From Candidatus Enterousia sp. (lineage in GTDB: Bacteria > Pseudomonadota > Alphaproteobacteria > Rs-D84), in NCBI GenBank assembly GCA_045657405.1, contig JAZOTB010000002.1:32523-96522 (forward strand): a DNA stretch of 64,000 nucleotides, read 5' to 3'. The stretch's first letter is position 1, and each line of letters opens with the position of its first letter. The notes under the pieces were generated by a model. That model worked only from the letters and a program-made list of their open reading frames with translations. It searched no databases and had not been told where the DNA came from. Of this stretch, positions 29,876-37,436 are shown piece by piece. The position numbers and the translations under genes are program-made.

Positions 29876-31228
29876 ATGGAAAAAACAATGATAAAAGTAA
29901 CTATTGCAGGACGTCCTAATACAGGCAAGTCCACATTATTTAACGCCCTGACTGGGACACGTGATGCACTGGTACATGACAGACCTGGTGTTACACGTGA
30001 TACAATTTCAGGAACATTTCGTAATCGTCCGTACACGCTGTATGATACGGCTGGCTTGGAAAGCGCTAAACATGGCATTGCGTTAGATTCTACAAATATG
30101 GCATTTAATGCAATTGAAAATTCAGATGCAGTTTTATTCGTGGTAGATGGACGCACAGGTTTAACAAACGAAGATTTGGATTGGGCTAAAATTGTACGCA
30201 GAAAAACACGCGCACCTGTATTATTATTAGTAAACAAAAGCGAATCGGAAAAACGACTGTCTAATGTACATGATTTTTACAAACTGGGATTTGGTGAACC
30301 TTTACTAATTTCTGCAGAACACAAACGCGGTTTTGATGAAATATACGGCTTCTTGGATAATATCGCAGGTATTAATGATGCAGAAATATCACAAAACACA
30401 CCAGAACATGAAGACAACAAAATAAAAATTGCTGTACTGGGTCAGCCAAACGTTGGCAAATCAACATTTGTTAATCGTGTATTAGGACAACAACGACAAA
30501 TCGTTATGGATGCGCCCGGTGTTACACGCGACACAGTAAAAATACCAACAACGTTCTATGGGCGCGATATTATCTTGATGGATACTGCAGGACTTCGTCG
30601 CAAGGCAGGTGTTACAGACGATGTTGAAACATTATCTGCATTAAAATCTTTGGATGCTATTGAAAAAGCAGATGTTGTTATACTGATGATTGACGCAACT
30701 AAAAACATTGAAAATCAAGCACTGGGAATTGCTGCACGTGTATATAACGCTGGGAAAATTTTATGTGTTGCACTAAACAAATGGGATTTGGTTGAACCAG
30801 AATTACGTGATGAAAAATTATTAAAATTAAAACATCAATTTTCTAATTCTTTTCATCAAATTATCAAACCTATGATTTTAGCCGTATCAGCAGAAACAGG
30901 AACTGGTGTACAAAATATGTTCCGCAGAATATATGAACAGTGGGATATATCTATGGCCCAAGCACCAACAAGTTTAGTTAACAGAATTGTTGAAAAATTG
31001 GTTACAGACAGACACCCACCTTTGTCGCGTCTAAAACGTCCAATGAAGATTAAATTCGCACGACAAACCGGACGTCATCCTATGAAAATAACAATAAATG
31101 TTGGTGGTGCATCTGACATTCCAGAATCATATACACGATATTTACGTCGTGGATTGGCAACCGCCCTAAAGTGGGAACATTTGCCAATTATTATTGATTA
31201 TGAAAAATCAGAAAATCCATATGATTAA
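29876..31228 (+). CDS. der: ribosome biogenesis GTPase Der (EngA)
   Basis: Two tandem GTPase domains (GRPNTGKSTLFN ... DTAG; GQPNVGKSTFVN ... DTAGLRR ... NKWD) plus a KH-like C-terminus. Confidence 0.9.
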   Translation: MEKTMIKVTIAGRPNTGKSTLFNALTGTRDALVHDRPGVTRDTISGTFRNRPYTLYDTAGLESAKHGIALDSTNMAFNAIENSDAVLFVVDGRTGLTNEDLDWAKIVRRKTRAPVLLLVNKSESEKRLSNVHDFYKLGFGEPLLISAEHKRGFDEIYGFLDNIAGINDAEISQNTPEHEDNKIKIAVLGQPNVGKSTFVNRVLGQQRQIVMDAPGVTRDTVKIPTTFYGRDIILMDTAGLRRKAGVTDDVETLSALKSLDAIEKADVVILMIDATKNIENQALGIAARVYNAGKILCVALNKWDLVEPELRDEKLLKLKHQFSNSFHQIIKPMILAVSAETGTGVQNMFRRIYEQWDISMAQAPTSLVNRIVEKLVTDRHPPLSRLKRPMKIKFARQTGRHPMKITINVGGASDIPESYTRYLRRGLATALKWEHLPIIIDYEKSENPYD

Positions 31229-31230
31229 AT

Positions 31231-31253
31231 GCCGGTATTTACCGGCTTTTTTT
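31231..31253 (+). terminator. intrinsic terminator (GCCGGT-attt-ACCGGC)
   Basis: 6-bp stem followed by T7. Confidence 0.8.
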
Positions 31254-31346
31254 ATAACAAACAAAACTATTGCTTGTCTTGCTACTAGTAATTGCGATTA
31301 CAAACATGAAATGATATAATAAGTAGAAGAGCCCGAGAGAGAATAT

Positions 31347-32069
31347 ATGAAAAAAACATCACAAAATATTATTGCACTAAAAAATATTAACAAAAGTTTT
31401 CCCCTAGAACTTGGTGGTGAACAACAAGTTCTGTTTGATATCAACTTTACAATCAAATCTGGTGAATTTGTTGCAATTATGGGGCCAAGTGGTTCAGGAA
31501 AATCTACGTGCATGAATATTATTGGCGCATTAGATACACCTACATCTGGGCTATACGAATTATATGACAAAGACGTAACAGGTTTAACTGCTGATGAATT
31601 GGCGATTATACGAAATGAATATATTGGTTTTGTTTTTCAACAATTTAATCTGCTGTCAAAACGCAGTGTGCTGGACAATGTTATGTTACCATTAATGTAT
31701 CGCGGTCTGCCAATGGAAGAAAGAATCAGTCGTGCACGCGAAATGTTAAAAAGAGTAGGTCTAGAAGATTTTGAGAGTTACCTGCCAACACAATTGTCTG
31801 GTGGTATGAAGCAACGCGTTGCTATTGCGCGCGCATTAGCAGGAAATCCAAAACTTATCTTGGCCGACGAACCAACAGGTGCATTGGACAGTAAAATGGG
31901 TAATGAAATATTAAAATTCTTCAAAAAACTAAACCAAGAGATGGGAATAACTATCGTTATGATTACACATGAATTTGATATCGCAAAATATGCAGACCGA
32001 TTGATTCATATACGCGATGGAAAAATAAATTACGATGGACCAATTCCCAAAGACGACAGAAATTTATAA
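31347..32069 (+). CDS. ABC transporter ATP-binding protein (MacB/LolD family)
   Basis: GPSGSGKST; FVFQQFNLL; LSGGMKQRVAIARAL; ILADEPTGALD. Confidence 0.85.
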   Translation: MKKTSQNIIALKNINKSFPLELGGEQQVLFDINFTIKSGEFVAIMGPSGSGKSTCMNIIGALDTPTSGLYELYDKDVTGLTADELAIIRNEYIGFVFQQFNLLSKRSVLDNVMLPLMYRGLPMEERISRAREMLKRVGLEDFESYLPTQLSGGMKQRVAIARALAGNPKLILADEPTGALDSKMGNEILKFFKKLNQEMGITIVMITHEFDIAKYADRLIHIRDGKINYDGPIPKDDRNL

Positions 32070-32090
32070 TCGGGGCAGGGGGATAAAAAA

Positions 32091-33308
32091 ATGACTTTTA
32101 ATGATATCTTAAAAGAATCTTGGTTATCTATCAGTGGAAACAAAATTCGTTCATTTTTGACTGTATTAGGTATAATAATTGGTGTTATGGCTGTGGTTAT
32201 TATGGTTGCTGTCGGAGAAACAGTGCAAAAATCAATTACAGACCAATTTTCAAGTCTGGGAACAAATACCATCATGATACGCGCTGGCGCAGCACAAACA
32301 GCAGGTGTTAGAACAGGAAACAGACATACACTGACCATACAAGATGCTGAATTTATCGCTAGATTACCCGACGTTATGGCAGTCAGCCCTGTTCAAAACG
32401 GATCTGCACAAGCTATTTATGGAAATAAAAACTGGGGTACATCAATGTTGGGTGTTTATCCTGATTATACGACCGTTCAAAATATAGAAATAGAATATGG
32501 AACTTTTTTTGACACAGCGGCTATTCGCAACGCATCTACGTATGCTGTTATTGGTCCAGAAACAGCCGAAGAACTTGGACTGCCTAAGAATCCTGTGGGT
32601 GAAGTAATTCGCGTACAAAACACACCTTTTGTTGTTATTGGCGTAACAAAAGCCAAGGGCGATTCTGCAATGGGCAGTCAAGACGATATGATTTTAATTC
32701 CAATCACAACATTAAAAAAACGCTTACAAGGCAGCAAATTCCCAAATTCTGTTAATATGATTGCACTAAAACTATTTGCAGAATCGGATAACAACCTGGC
32801 AATTGAACAAATAACTATGTTGTTAAGACAAAGACACAGACTAAAAGAAGATGTGGCTGATGATTTCCAAATTATGGATATGAAACAAGTTATGGAAACA
32901 ATGAATACCGTTACAGGCTACTTAAAATTATTATTAATAGCAATTGCAGCTGTATCATTATTGGTTGGTGCAATCGGTATTATGAATATGATGTTGGTTT
33001 CTGTTGCAGAACGTACGCGTGAAATTGGTATTCGCAAGGCGATTGGTGCACGTGAAAAAATGATTATTATACAATTCTTGTCTGAATCTGTATTGATTTC
33101 TTTTATTGGATCTATGATTGGATTAGTACTAGGTGTCGGTTTATCCCAAGGAGTAGGGCGATTCATATTAGGTTACAACGTACCTTTTAGTATATGGCCT
33201 GTTGTACTGTCTGTATCTGTTGCGGTAATTGTTGGTCTGTCATCGGGTGTTATGCCTGCTATGAAAGCAGCAAAGTTAAATCCAATAGATAGTTTGCGAC
33301 ACGAATAA
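32091..33308 (+). CDS. ABC transporter permease (MacB periplasmic core + FtsX domain)
   Basis: N-terminal TM helix, large periplasmic domain, and a C-terminal FtsX-type 3-TM bundle with ERTREIGIRKAIGA. Confidence 0.85.
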   Translation: MTFNDILKESWLSISGNKIRSFLTVLGIIIGVMAVVIMVAVGETVQKSITDQFSSLGTNTIMIRAGAAQTAGVRTGNRHTLTIQDAEFIARLPDVMAVSPVQNGSAQAIYGNKNWGTSMLGVYPDYTTVQNIEIEYGTFFDTAAIRNASTYAVIGPETAEELGLPKNPVGEVIRVQNTPFVVIGVTKAKGDSAMGSQDDMILIPITTLKKRLQGSKFPNSVNMIALKLFAESDNNLAIEQITMLLRQRHRLKEDVADDFQIMDMKQVMETMNTVTGYLKLLLIAIAAVSLLVGAIGIMNMMLVSVAERTREIGIRKAIGAREKMIIIQFLSESVLISFIGSMIGLVLGVGLSQGVGRFILGYNVPFSIWPVVLSVSVAVIVGLSSGVMPAMKAAKLNPIDSLRHE

Positions 33309-33312
33309 AATT

Positions 33313-33858
33313 TCAGATTTTTCTGATACTAAATTCGCAACCACAATAATTTTGACGATAAAAGTCTGATTCACGATTTATTTGGACACGCAGGCTTTCG
33401 TCCCATGCGATGGGCATATACAGAATATCATCACAAACATTTTGTGCAGATGCGTCAACCTGTGATTGACTTTTGTGACGTGATACACCAAGAACACTTG
33501 CAATCGCATTATATCCATTTTCATGTGCAAATTTTACAGCACGACGAAATCTGTATTCAAAGCATAAACTGCAACGTGCACCACGCTCTGGGGCAGACTC
33601 GTATCCATGTACAACATCACGCCACGCATCATGGTCGTATTCCAAAACAGAATACTTTACCCCCAGTTTTTCACAGTATTTAATTTGTTCCTGCATACGC
33701 TTGGTATATTCAGATTCAGGAAAAACATTAGGATTATAAAACAAGACAACAAAATCAGATATATCATCAATTTTATTTTCTGCCAGTTGTTTTATTGCGC
33801 CTGCACTGCATGGCGCACAACAAGACAATAAAACAAGACGCAGTTTATTATCTGACAT
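33313..33858 (-). CDS. queH: epoxyqueuosine reductase QueH (DUF208)
   Basis: LLSCCAPCS, FYNPN..P..EY, C..C...R and QNYCGC motifs typical of QueH. Confidence 0.8.
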   Translation of the reverse strand: MSDNKLRLVLLSCCAPCSAGAIKQLAENKIDDISDFVVLFYNPNVFPESEYTKRMQEQIKYCEKLGVKYSVLEYDHDAWRDVVHGYESAPERGARCSLCFEYRFRRAVKFAHENGYNAIASVLGVSRHKSQSQVDASAQNVCDDILYMPIAWDESLRVQINRESDFYRQNYCGCEFSIRKI

Positions 33859-34387
33859 TTTGTAACATTTTAGCTAATACTTCTGGAATTTTTCCGGTTG
33901 TTTTTGGATAAACCTGTTTCATATCTTTGTTTACAACAATATCATTATTATCCAATTCATGCCAAAAAACAGTTGTTGAAACAGGAAATACACATGGTTC
34001 AATAGCAGCCAGTTCTTTCATACCAACGCTATATACTGTGTGAATACCCGTCTGAATCGCAGGCACATTTAAATTCATACTATTTATCTTAGGAAAAAAA
34101 TCAAACCTTGGATTACTTCTTTTTATTTTTTTTACATTTGTGATTTCATCAGCAACCCATAATGGTAATTTTTTTGTTTCAACATTATGTGTTTCTAAAA
34201 CAGAATTCATATAGTGACTTTTTATTGTTTTAATAATTTCTATTTTATAAACATTTGCATTGACGGATAAAAGTTTCTTTATATCTTCAATATTTTTGAA
34301 ATTACTTTTTATTGTAAAACCATTAGAATACAAACGCAGCGTCAACGCTTCGTGTACCTCTGTGTTTTCTTTTTTTAATTCGACCAT
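33848..34387 (-). CDS. hypothetical protein (179 aa)
   Basis: ORF between metG and queH on the same strand. Its 3' end overlaps the queH start by 11 nt. No family recognised. Confidence 0.5.
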   Translation of the reverse strand: MVELKKENTEVHEALTLRLYSNGFTIKSNFKNIEDIKKLLSVNANVYKIEIIKTIKSHYMNSVLETHNVETKKLPLWVADEITNVKKIKRSNPRFDFFPKINSMNLNVPAIQTGIHTVYSVGMKELAAIEPCVFPVSTTVFWHELDNNDIVVNKDMKQVYPKTTGKIPEVLAKMLQNVR

Positions 34388-34400
34388 TATCCTATTCCGT

Positions 34401-36395
34401 TTAATCTAATTTATATTCTTCACCGATATTATATTCCGTACCTAATTCAATAATGTTTTTATCGTCACCAGATTGCCCCAGTTCTGATGCGCTGCACATC
34501 ATACCAAACGATTCAACACCTGCGACTGTGCGCTGTGACATTGGCTTTTTCATACCTGGTAATTTTGCCCCAACTGGCGCCAGAACACCACATAAACCAA
34601 CATGTACATTTGGCGCACCACATACAATCTGTACATTTTCACCGGCACCCGTATTTACAGACAGAATATGTAAATCTTCACGTGATGGGTGATTTTTTAC
34701 ATCTACAATTTCTGCAACAATTGGTTTTGGTGTATTATCTGGTTTTTTTACAGTATATTTTTCTGTAATCATCGCAACTGTTTCATCGTCAATACGATTA
34801 AACAAGTTTTCTGGCACAACAAATTCATCACCGTCATTTATACGATGTTCATAAACATTTGGCCACGATAAATCATGTATTGGCTTGAATATGTTTTGCA
34901 TTTTTTCTGCTGCATTTGGAATAACTGGTGCAGATACACGTGCAAACAAATCAATCATCTGCATACATTCATTTAATACAGCACCAGCACCATCCATATC
35001 GCCATTTTTAACCATTGCCCATGGTTCCATTTTGGTCATATATTCATTACCGATTGCATATAATCCACGTAATGCAGCGATTGCATTTCTGAATTCACAC
35101 GCATCCAGCGCAGCAGTCAACGCAGATAGTTTTTCATTTATTTGTGATTCCAACTCTGGATTTTTATCACCCTTGGCAGGAACAATATTACCAAAATTTT
35201 TCTGTGTTAATTTGCAAACACGACTTACAAAATTCCCCAGCATACCGTTCAAATCTTTGTTAACAATATCCGCAAAACGAGATACGGTAAAATCTGTGTC
35301 ATCTGTTTCTGGCGCACTTGCCAACAATGCATAACGCCAACAATCTGCTGGTGCGATTGTAATTGCATCATTCAAGAAAATTCCATTACCTGTTGATTTT
35401 GATACTTTGGCACCTTCAAAATTCAAAAAGTTCATTGCCTTTAACATATCAACTGTTTTCCAGTTATCGTTCATAGCAAGTTCTTGGGATGGAAAGAATA
35501 TAGAATGAAAAGATACATTATCTTTGCCCATAAATTGCGCATAATGAACATCATCACCACCATGCCACCAATCCGCCCAATTTTCATTTGCAGCCTGAGA
35601 TATTGAAACATAACCCCATGGCGCATCAAACCAAACATAAAACACTTTGTTTTCATACCCTGGTTTATTTACAGAAATACCCCATTTCAAATCGCGTGTA
35701 ATTGGGCTGTCACGTAAACCTTCGTCCAACCATTTATTTGCGATTGCCAGTGCTGTTTTTGGCCATCCAATACGTGAATCAATCCATTTGCGCAAGATGT
35801 CTTGCATTGCGCTAGTCTTGAAATACATGTGTTTTGTTTCACGCATTTCAACAGGCGATTCAGGATCAACTGCACTGCGTGGATTAATTAACTGGGCAGG
35901 CTCAAGATTTGCGAAACATTTATCACATTCGTTTCCATATGCATTTTCATAACCGCATTTTGGGCATGTACCAATTACAAATCTGTCTGCCAAGAACTTT
36001 TCTTCTTTGATAGAATAAGGCTGCATAGAAGATTTTTCTTCCAGCATTCCTTGTTCCTGCAAACGCACAAATAATTTTTGAATTAACTTCTCGTGTAATT
36101 TTGTATGTGTACGACCATATAAATCAACAGACAAATTAAAATCTTGAACCGCCTGGACCTGAGGCTTGCGGTACTTTTCCACATATTCTTCAACAGGCAT
36201 ATTTTCTTTGTGCGCGCCAATTTCACTGGCAGTACCATGTTCGTCTGTACCACAAACATACAAAACATCACGACCCATTGCGCGACAAAAACGTGCATAA
36301 ACATCACTTGGTAAATAACAACCAATCAAATGACCAATATGTAGATTATTGTTAACGTATGGTAAAGCAGATGTAATTAAATATTTTTTTGCCAT
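34401..36395 (-). CDS. metG: methionyl-tRNA synthetase with C-terminal tRNA-binding (Trbp111-like) domain
   Basis: ALPYVNNNLHIGH (HIGH); Zn knuckle CPKCGYENAYGNECDKC; KVSKSTGNG (KMSKS); C-terminal ...HPSREDLHILSVNTG...QIVCGAPNV. Confidence 0.95.
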   Translation of the reverse strand: MAKKYLITSALPYVNNNLHIGHLIGCYLPSDVYARFCRAMGRDVLYVCGTDEHGTASEIGAHKENMPVEEYVEKYRKPQVQAVQDFNLSVDLYGRTHTKLHEKLIQKLFVRLQEQGMLEEKSSMQPYSIKEEKFLADRFVIGTCPKCGYENAYGNECDKCFANLEPAQLINPRSAVDPESPVEMRETKHMYFKTSAMQDILRKWIDSRIGWPKTALAIANKWLDEGLRDSPITRDLKWGISVNKPGYENKVFYVWFDAPWGYVSISQAANENWADWWHGGDDVHYAQFMGKDNVSFHSIFFPSQELAMNDNWKTVDMLKAMNFLNFEGAKVSKSTGNGIFLNDAITIAPADCWRYALLASAPETDDTDFTVSRFADIVNKDLNGMLGNFVSRVCKLTQKNFGNIVPAKGDKNPELESQINEKLSALTAALDACEFRNAIAALRGLYAIGNEYMTKMEPWAMVKNGDMDGAGAVLNECMQMIDLFARVSAPVIPNAAEKMQNIFKPIHDLSWPNVYEHRINDGDEFVVPENLFNRIDDETVAMITEKYTVKKPDNTPKPIVAEIVDVKNHPSREDLHILSVNTGAGENVQIVCGAPNVHVGLCGVLAPVGAKLPGMKKPMSQRTVAGVESFGMMCSASELGQSGDDKNIIELGTEYNIGEEYKLD

Positions 36396-36416
36396 TTTAT
36401 TTTTCCCTTTGCCTGT

Positions 36417-36446
36417 ATAAAAAAATAGACGCCAACGGGGCGTCTA
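36417..36446 (-). terminator. intrinsic terminator in the metG 5' leader / after tRNA-Val(GAC)
   Basis: On the - strand: AGACGCC-ccgtt-GGCGTCT followed by aTTTTTTTa, ending about 30 nt before the metG ATG. Confidence 0.7.
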
Positions 36447-36475
36447 AATAAGATTCCCGTTGATTTTTTTCAAAA

Positions 36476-36493
36476 TTAAATTTGCATTCGCAT
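36476..36493 (-). other. mini-ORF MRMQI in the metG leader (possible leader peptide)
   Basis: ATG CGA ATG CAA ATT TAA on the - strand, preceded by AAGGA at 10-nt spacing. It lies 13 nt upstream of CAACGGG (36462..36456), which is complementary to the terminator loop region. Confidence 0.3.
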
Positions 36494-36517
36494 TATTAAT
36501 TCATCCTTCTAAGAACC

Positions 36518-36594
36518 TGGTGGGTGGTATTGGGCTCGAACCAACGACCTTTACGATGTCAACGTAACGCTCTAGCCAACTGAGCTAACCACCC
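36518..36594 (-). tRNA. tRNA-Val (anticodon GAC), CCA encoded
   Basis: The reverse complement folds as a cloverleaf: acceptor GGGTGGT/ACCACCC, anticodon stem TTACG/CGTAA with loop TT-GAC-AT, T-arm GTTGGTTCGAGCCCAAT. Confidence 0.9.
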
Positions 36595-36694
36595 AAAACA
36601 AGACGATTATAACAAAGAAAAACCGAAAAGCAAATATTTATATCAAATATATATGGAAAATAAAAAAAAGATATATTATAGTTCTTCAACAGTT

Positions 36695-36770
36695 GCCGGT
36701 ATAGCTCAGTTGGTAGAGCATCTCATTCGTAATGAGGGGGTCGTAGGTTCAAGTCCTATTACCGGCACCA
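36695..36770 (+). tRNA. tRNA-Thr (anticodon CGU), CCA encoded
   Basis: Acceptor GCCGGTA/TACCGGC, anticodon loop TT-CGT-AA, T-arm GTAGGTTCAAGTCCTAT. Confidence 0.85.
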
Positions 36771-36774
36771 GAAA

Positions 36775-36802
36775 TAAAAATCCCCAAACGGGGATTTTTT
36801 TG
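36775..36802. terminator. bidirectional intrinsic terminator
   Basis: ATCCCC-aaac-GGGGAT with A5 upstream and T7 downstream. Confidence 0.75.
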
Positions 36803-36825
36803 AATATAAATTATGTTTTCAAATA

Positions 36826-37218
36826 TTATTTTATATTGCTTTTGAAACTTTCAACAAAAACAGCCAGTGTTTGTTGTGTTTGTTGTCTGAACATTTCTTT
36901 TTCTTTGTTCACAAATAAATTGTGCATTTTTTTGATGAATTCTACATCTTTAAAAGTTTCTTTTAATACATTATTTTGACTGCCAGATTTAGCTTCAGCA
37001 AATATAACCAAAGCAGTTACTTCTTTGCCATATTCCTTGGTATGGAATACAAAGACATTCTTTTCAAAGCCATTGATTTTCCATTCTTGCTCATCACTAC
37101 CGGCACCCAATGCCCTGACTGTCTTTGATACAGTTTTACCCTTTAAGGCAGTTTTTGTGCAATTGAAAATGTCGTTCTGCATTGCTTTTTTTTCATTTGT
37201 TGTTGAAGCACTTTTCAT
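36826..37218 (-). CDS. hypothetical protein (130 aa)
   Basis: ORF divergent from the ileS leader. No signal peptide and no recognised motif. Confidence 0.45.
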   Translation of the reverse strand: MKSASTTNEKKAMQNDIFNCTKTALKGKTVSKTVRALGAGSDEQEWKINGFEKNVFVFHTKEYGKEVTALVIFAEAKSGSQNNVLKETFKDVEFIKKMHNLFVNKEKEMFRQQTQQTLAVFVESFKSNIK

Positions 37219-37287
37219 ATCATATACCTTTATTCTGCAAATCAGAATAACACAACAATTTTAATTGTCAATTTATTAATACAATGC

Positions 37288-37316
37288 TTGCTTTTTAGTT
37301 TTTTAGCGTGTACAAT
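37288..37316 (+). promoter_or_regulatory. sigma-70-type promoter TTGCTT-17-TACAAT for the ileS leader
   Basis: -35 at 37288..37293, -10 at 37311..37316. The predicted TSS coincides with the leader ATG at 37324. Confidence 0.5.
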
Positions 37317-37323
37317 CCGCCGT

Positions 37324-37356
37324 ATGAAACAAACAACTATAATTATTATTAAATAA
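37324..37356 (+). CDS. putative ileS leader peptide MKQTTIIIIK
   Basis: ATG AAA CAA ACA ACT ATA ATT ATT ATT AAA TAA: four consecutive Ile codons. It lies between the promoter and the terminator, upstream of ileS. Confidence 0.55.
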   Translation: MKQTTIIIIK

Positions 37357-37363
37357 TCGGCAC

Positions 37364-37389
37364 TGCGCTTTGGCGGTGGCTGGGGCGCA
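37364..37389 (+). promoter_or_regulatory. putative antiterminator hairpin of the ileS leader
   Basis: TGCGCTTTGGC (37364..37374) pairs with GCTGGGGCGCA (37379..37389): 11 bp including 4 G-U, with loop GGTG. Its 3' arm contains the terminator 5' arm. Confidence 0.45.
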
Positions 37390-37405
37390 TAGACGCCCCT
37401 TTTTT
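37382..37405 (+). terminator. intrinsic terminator of the ileS leader (attenuator)
   Basis: GGGGCG-cataga-CGCCCC followed by T6. It ends 31 nt before the ileS ATG. Confidence 0.75.
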
Positions 37406-37436
37406 AATGATAAAATGAATACGGAGTATATAAAAT

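Noticed and set aside
37357-37405. Possible T-box riboswitch upstream of ileS
   Set aside because: The leader is only ~110 nt. It has no specifier-loop architecture and no AGGGUGGNACCGCG-like T-box sequence. The leader-peptide attenuator explains the region better.
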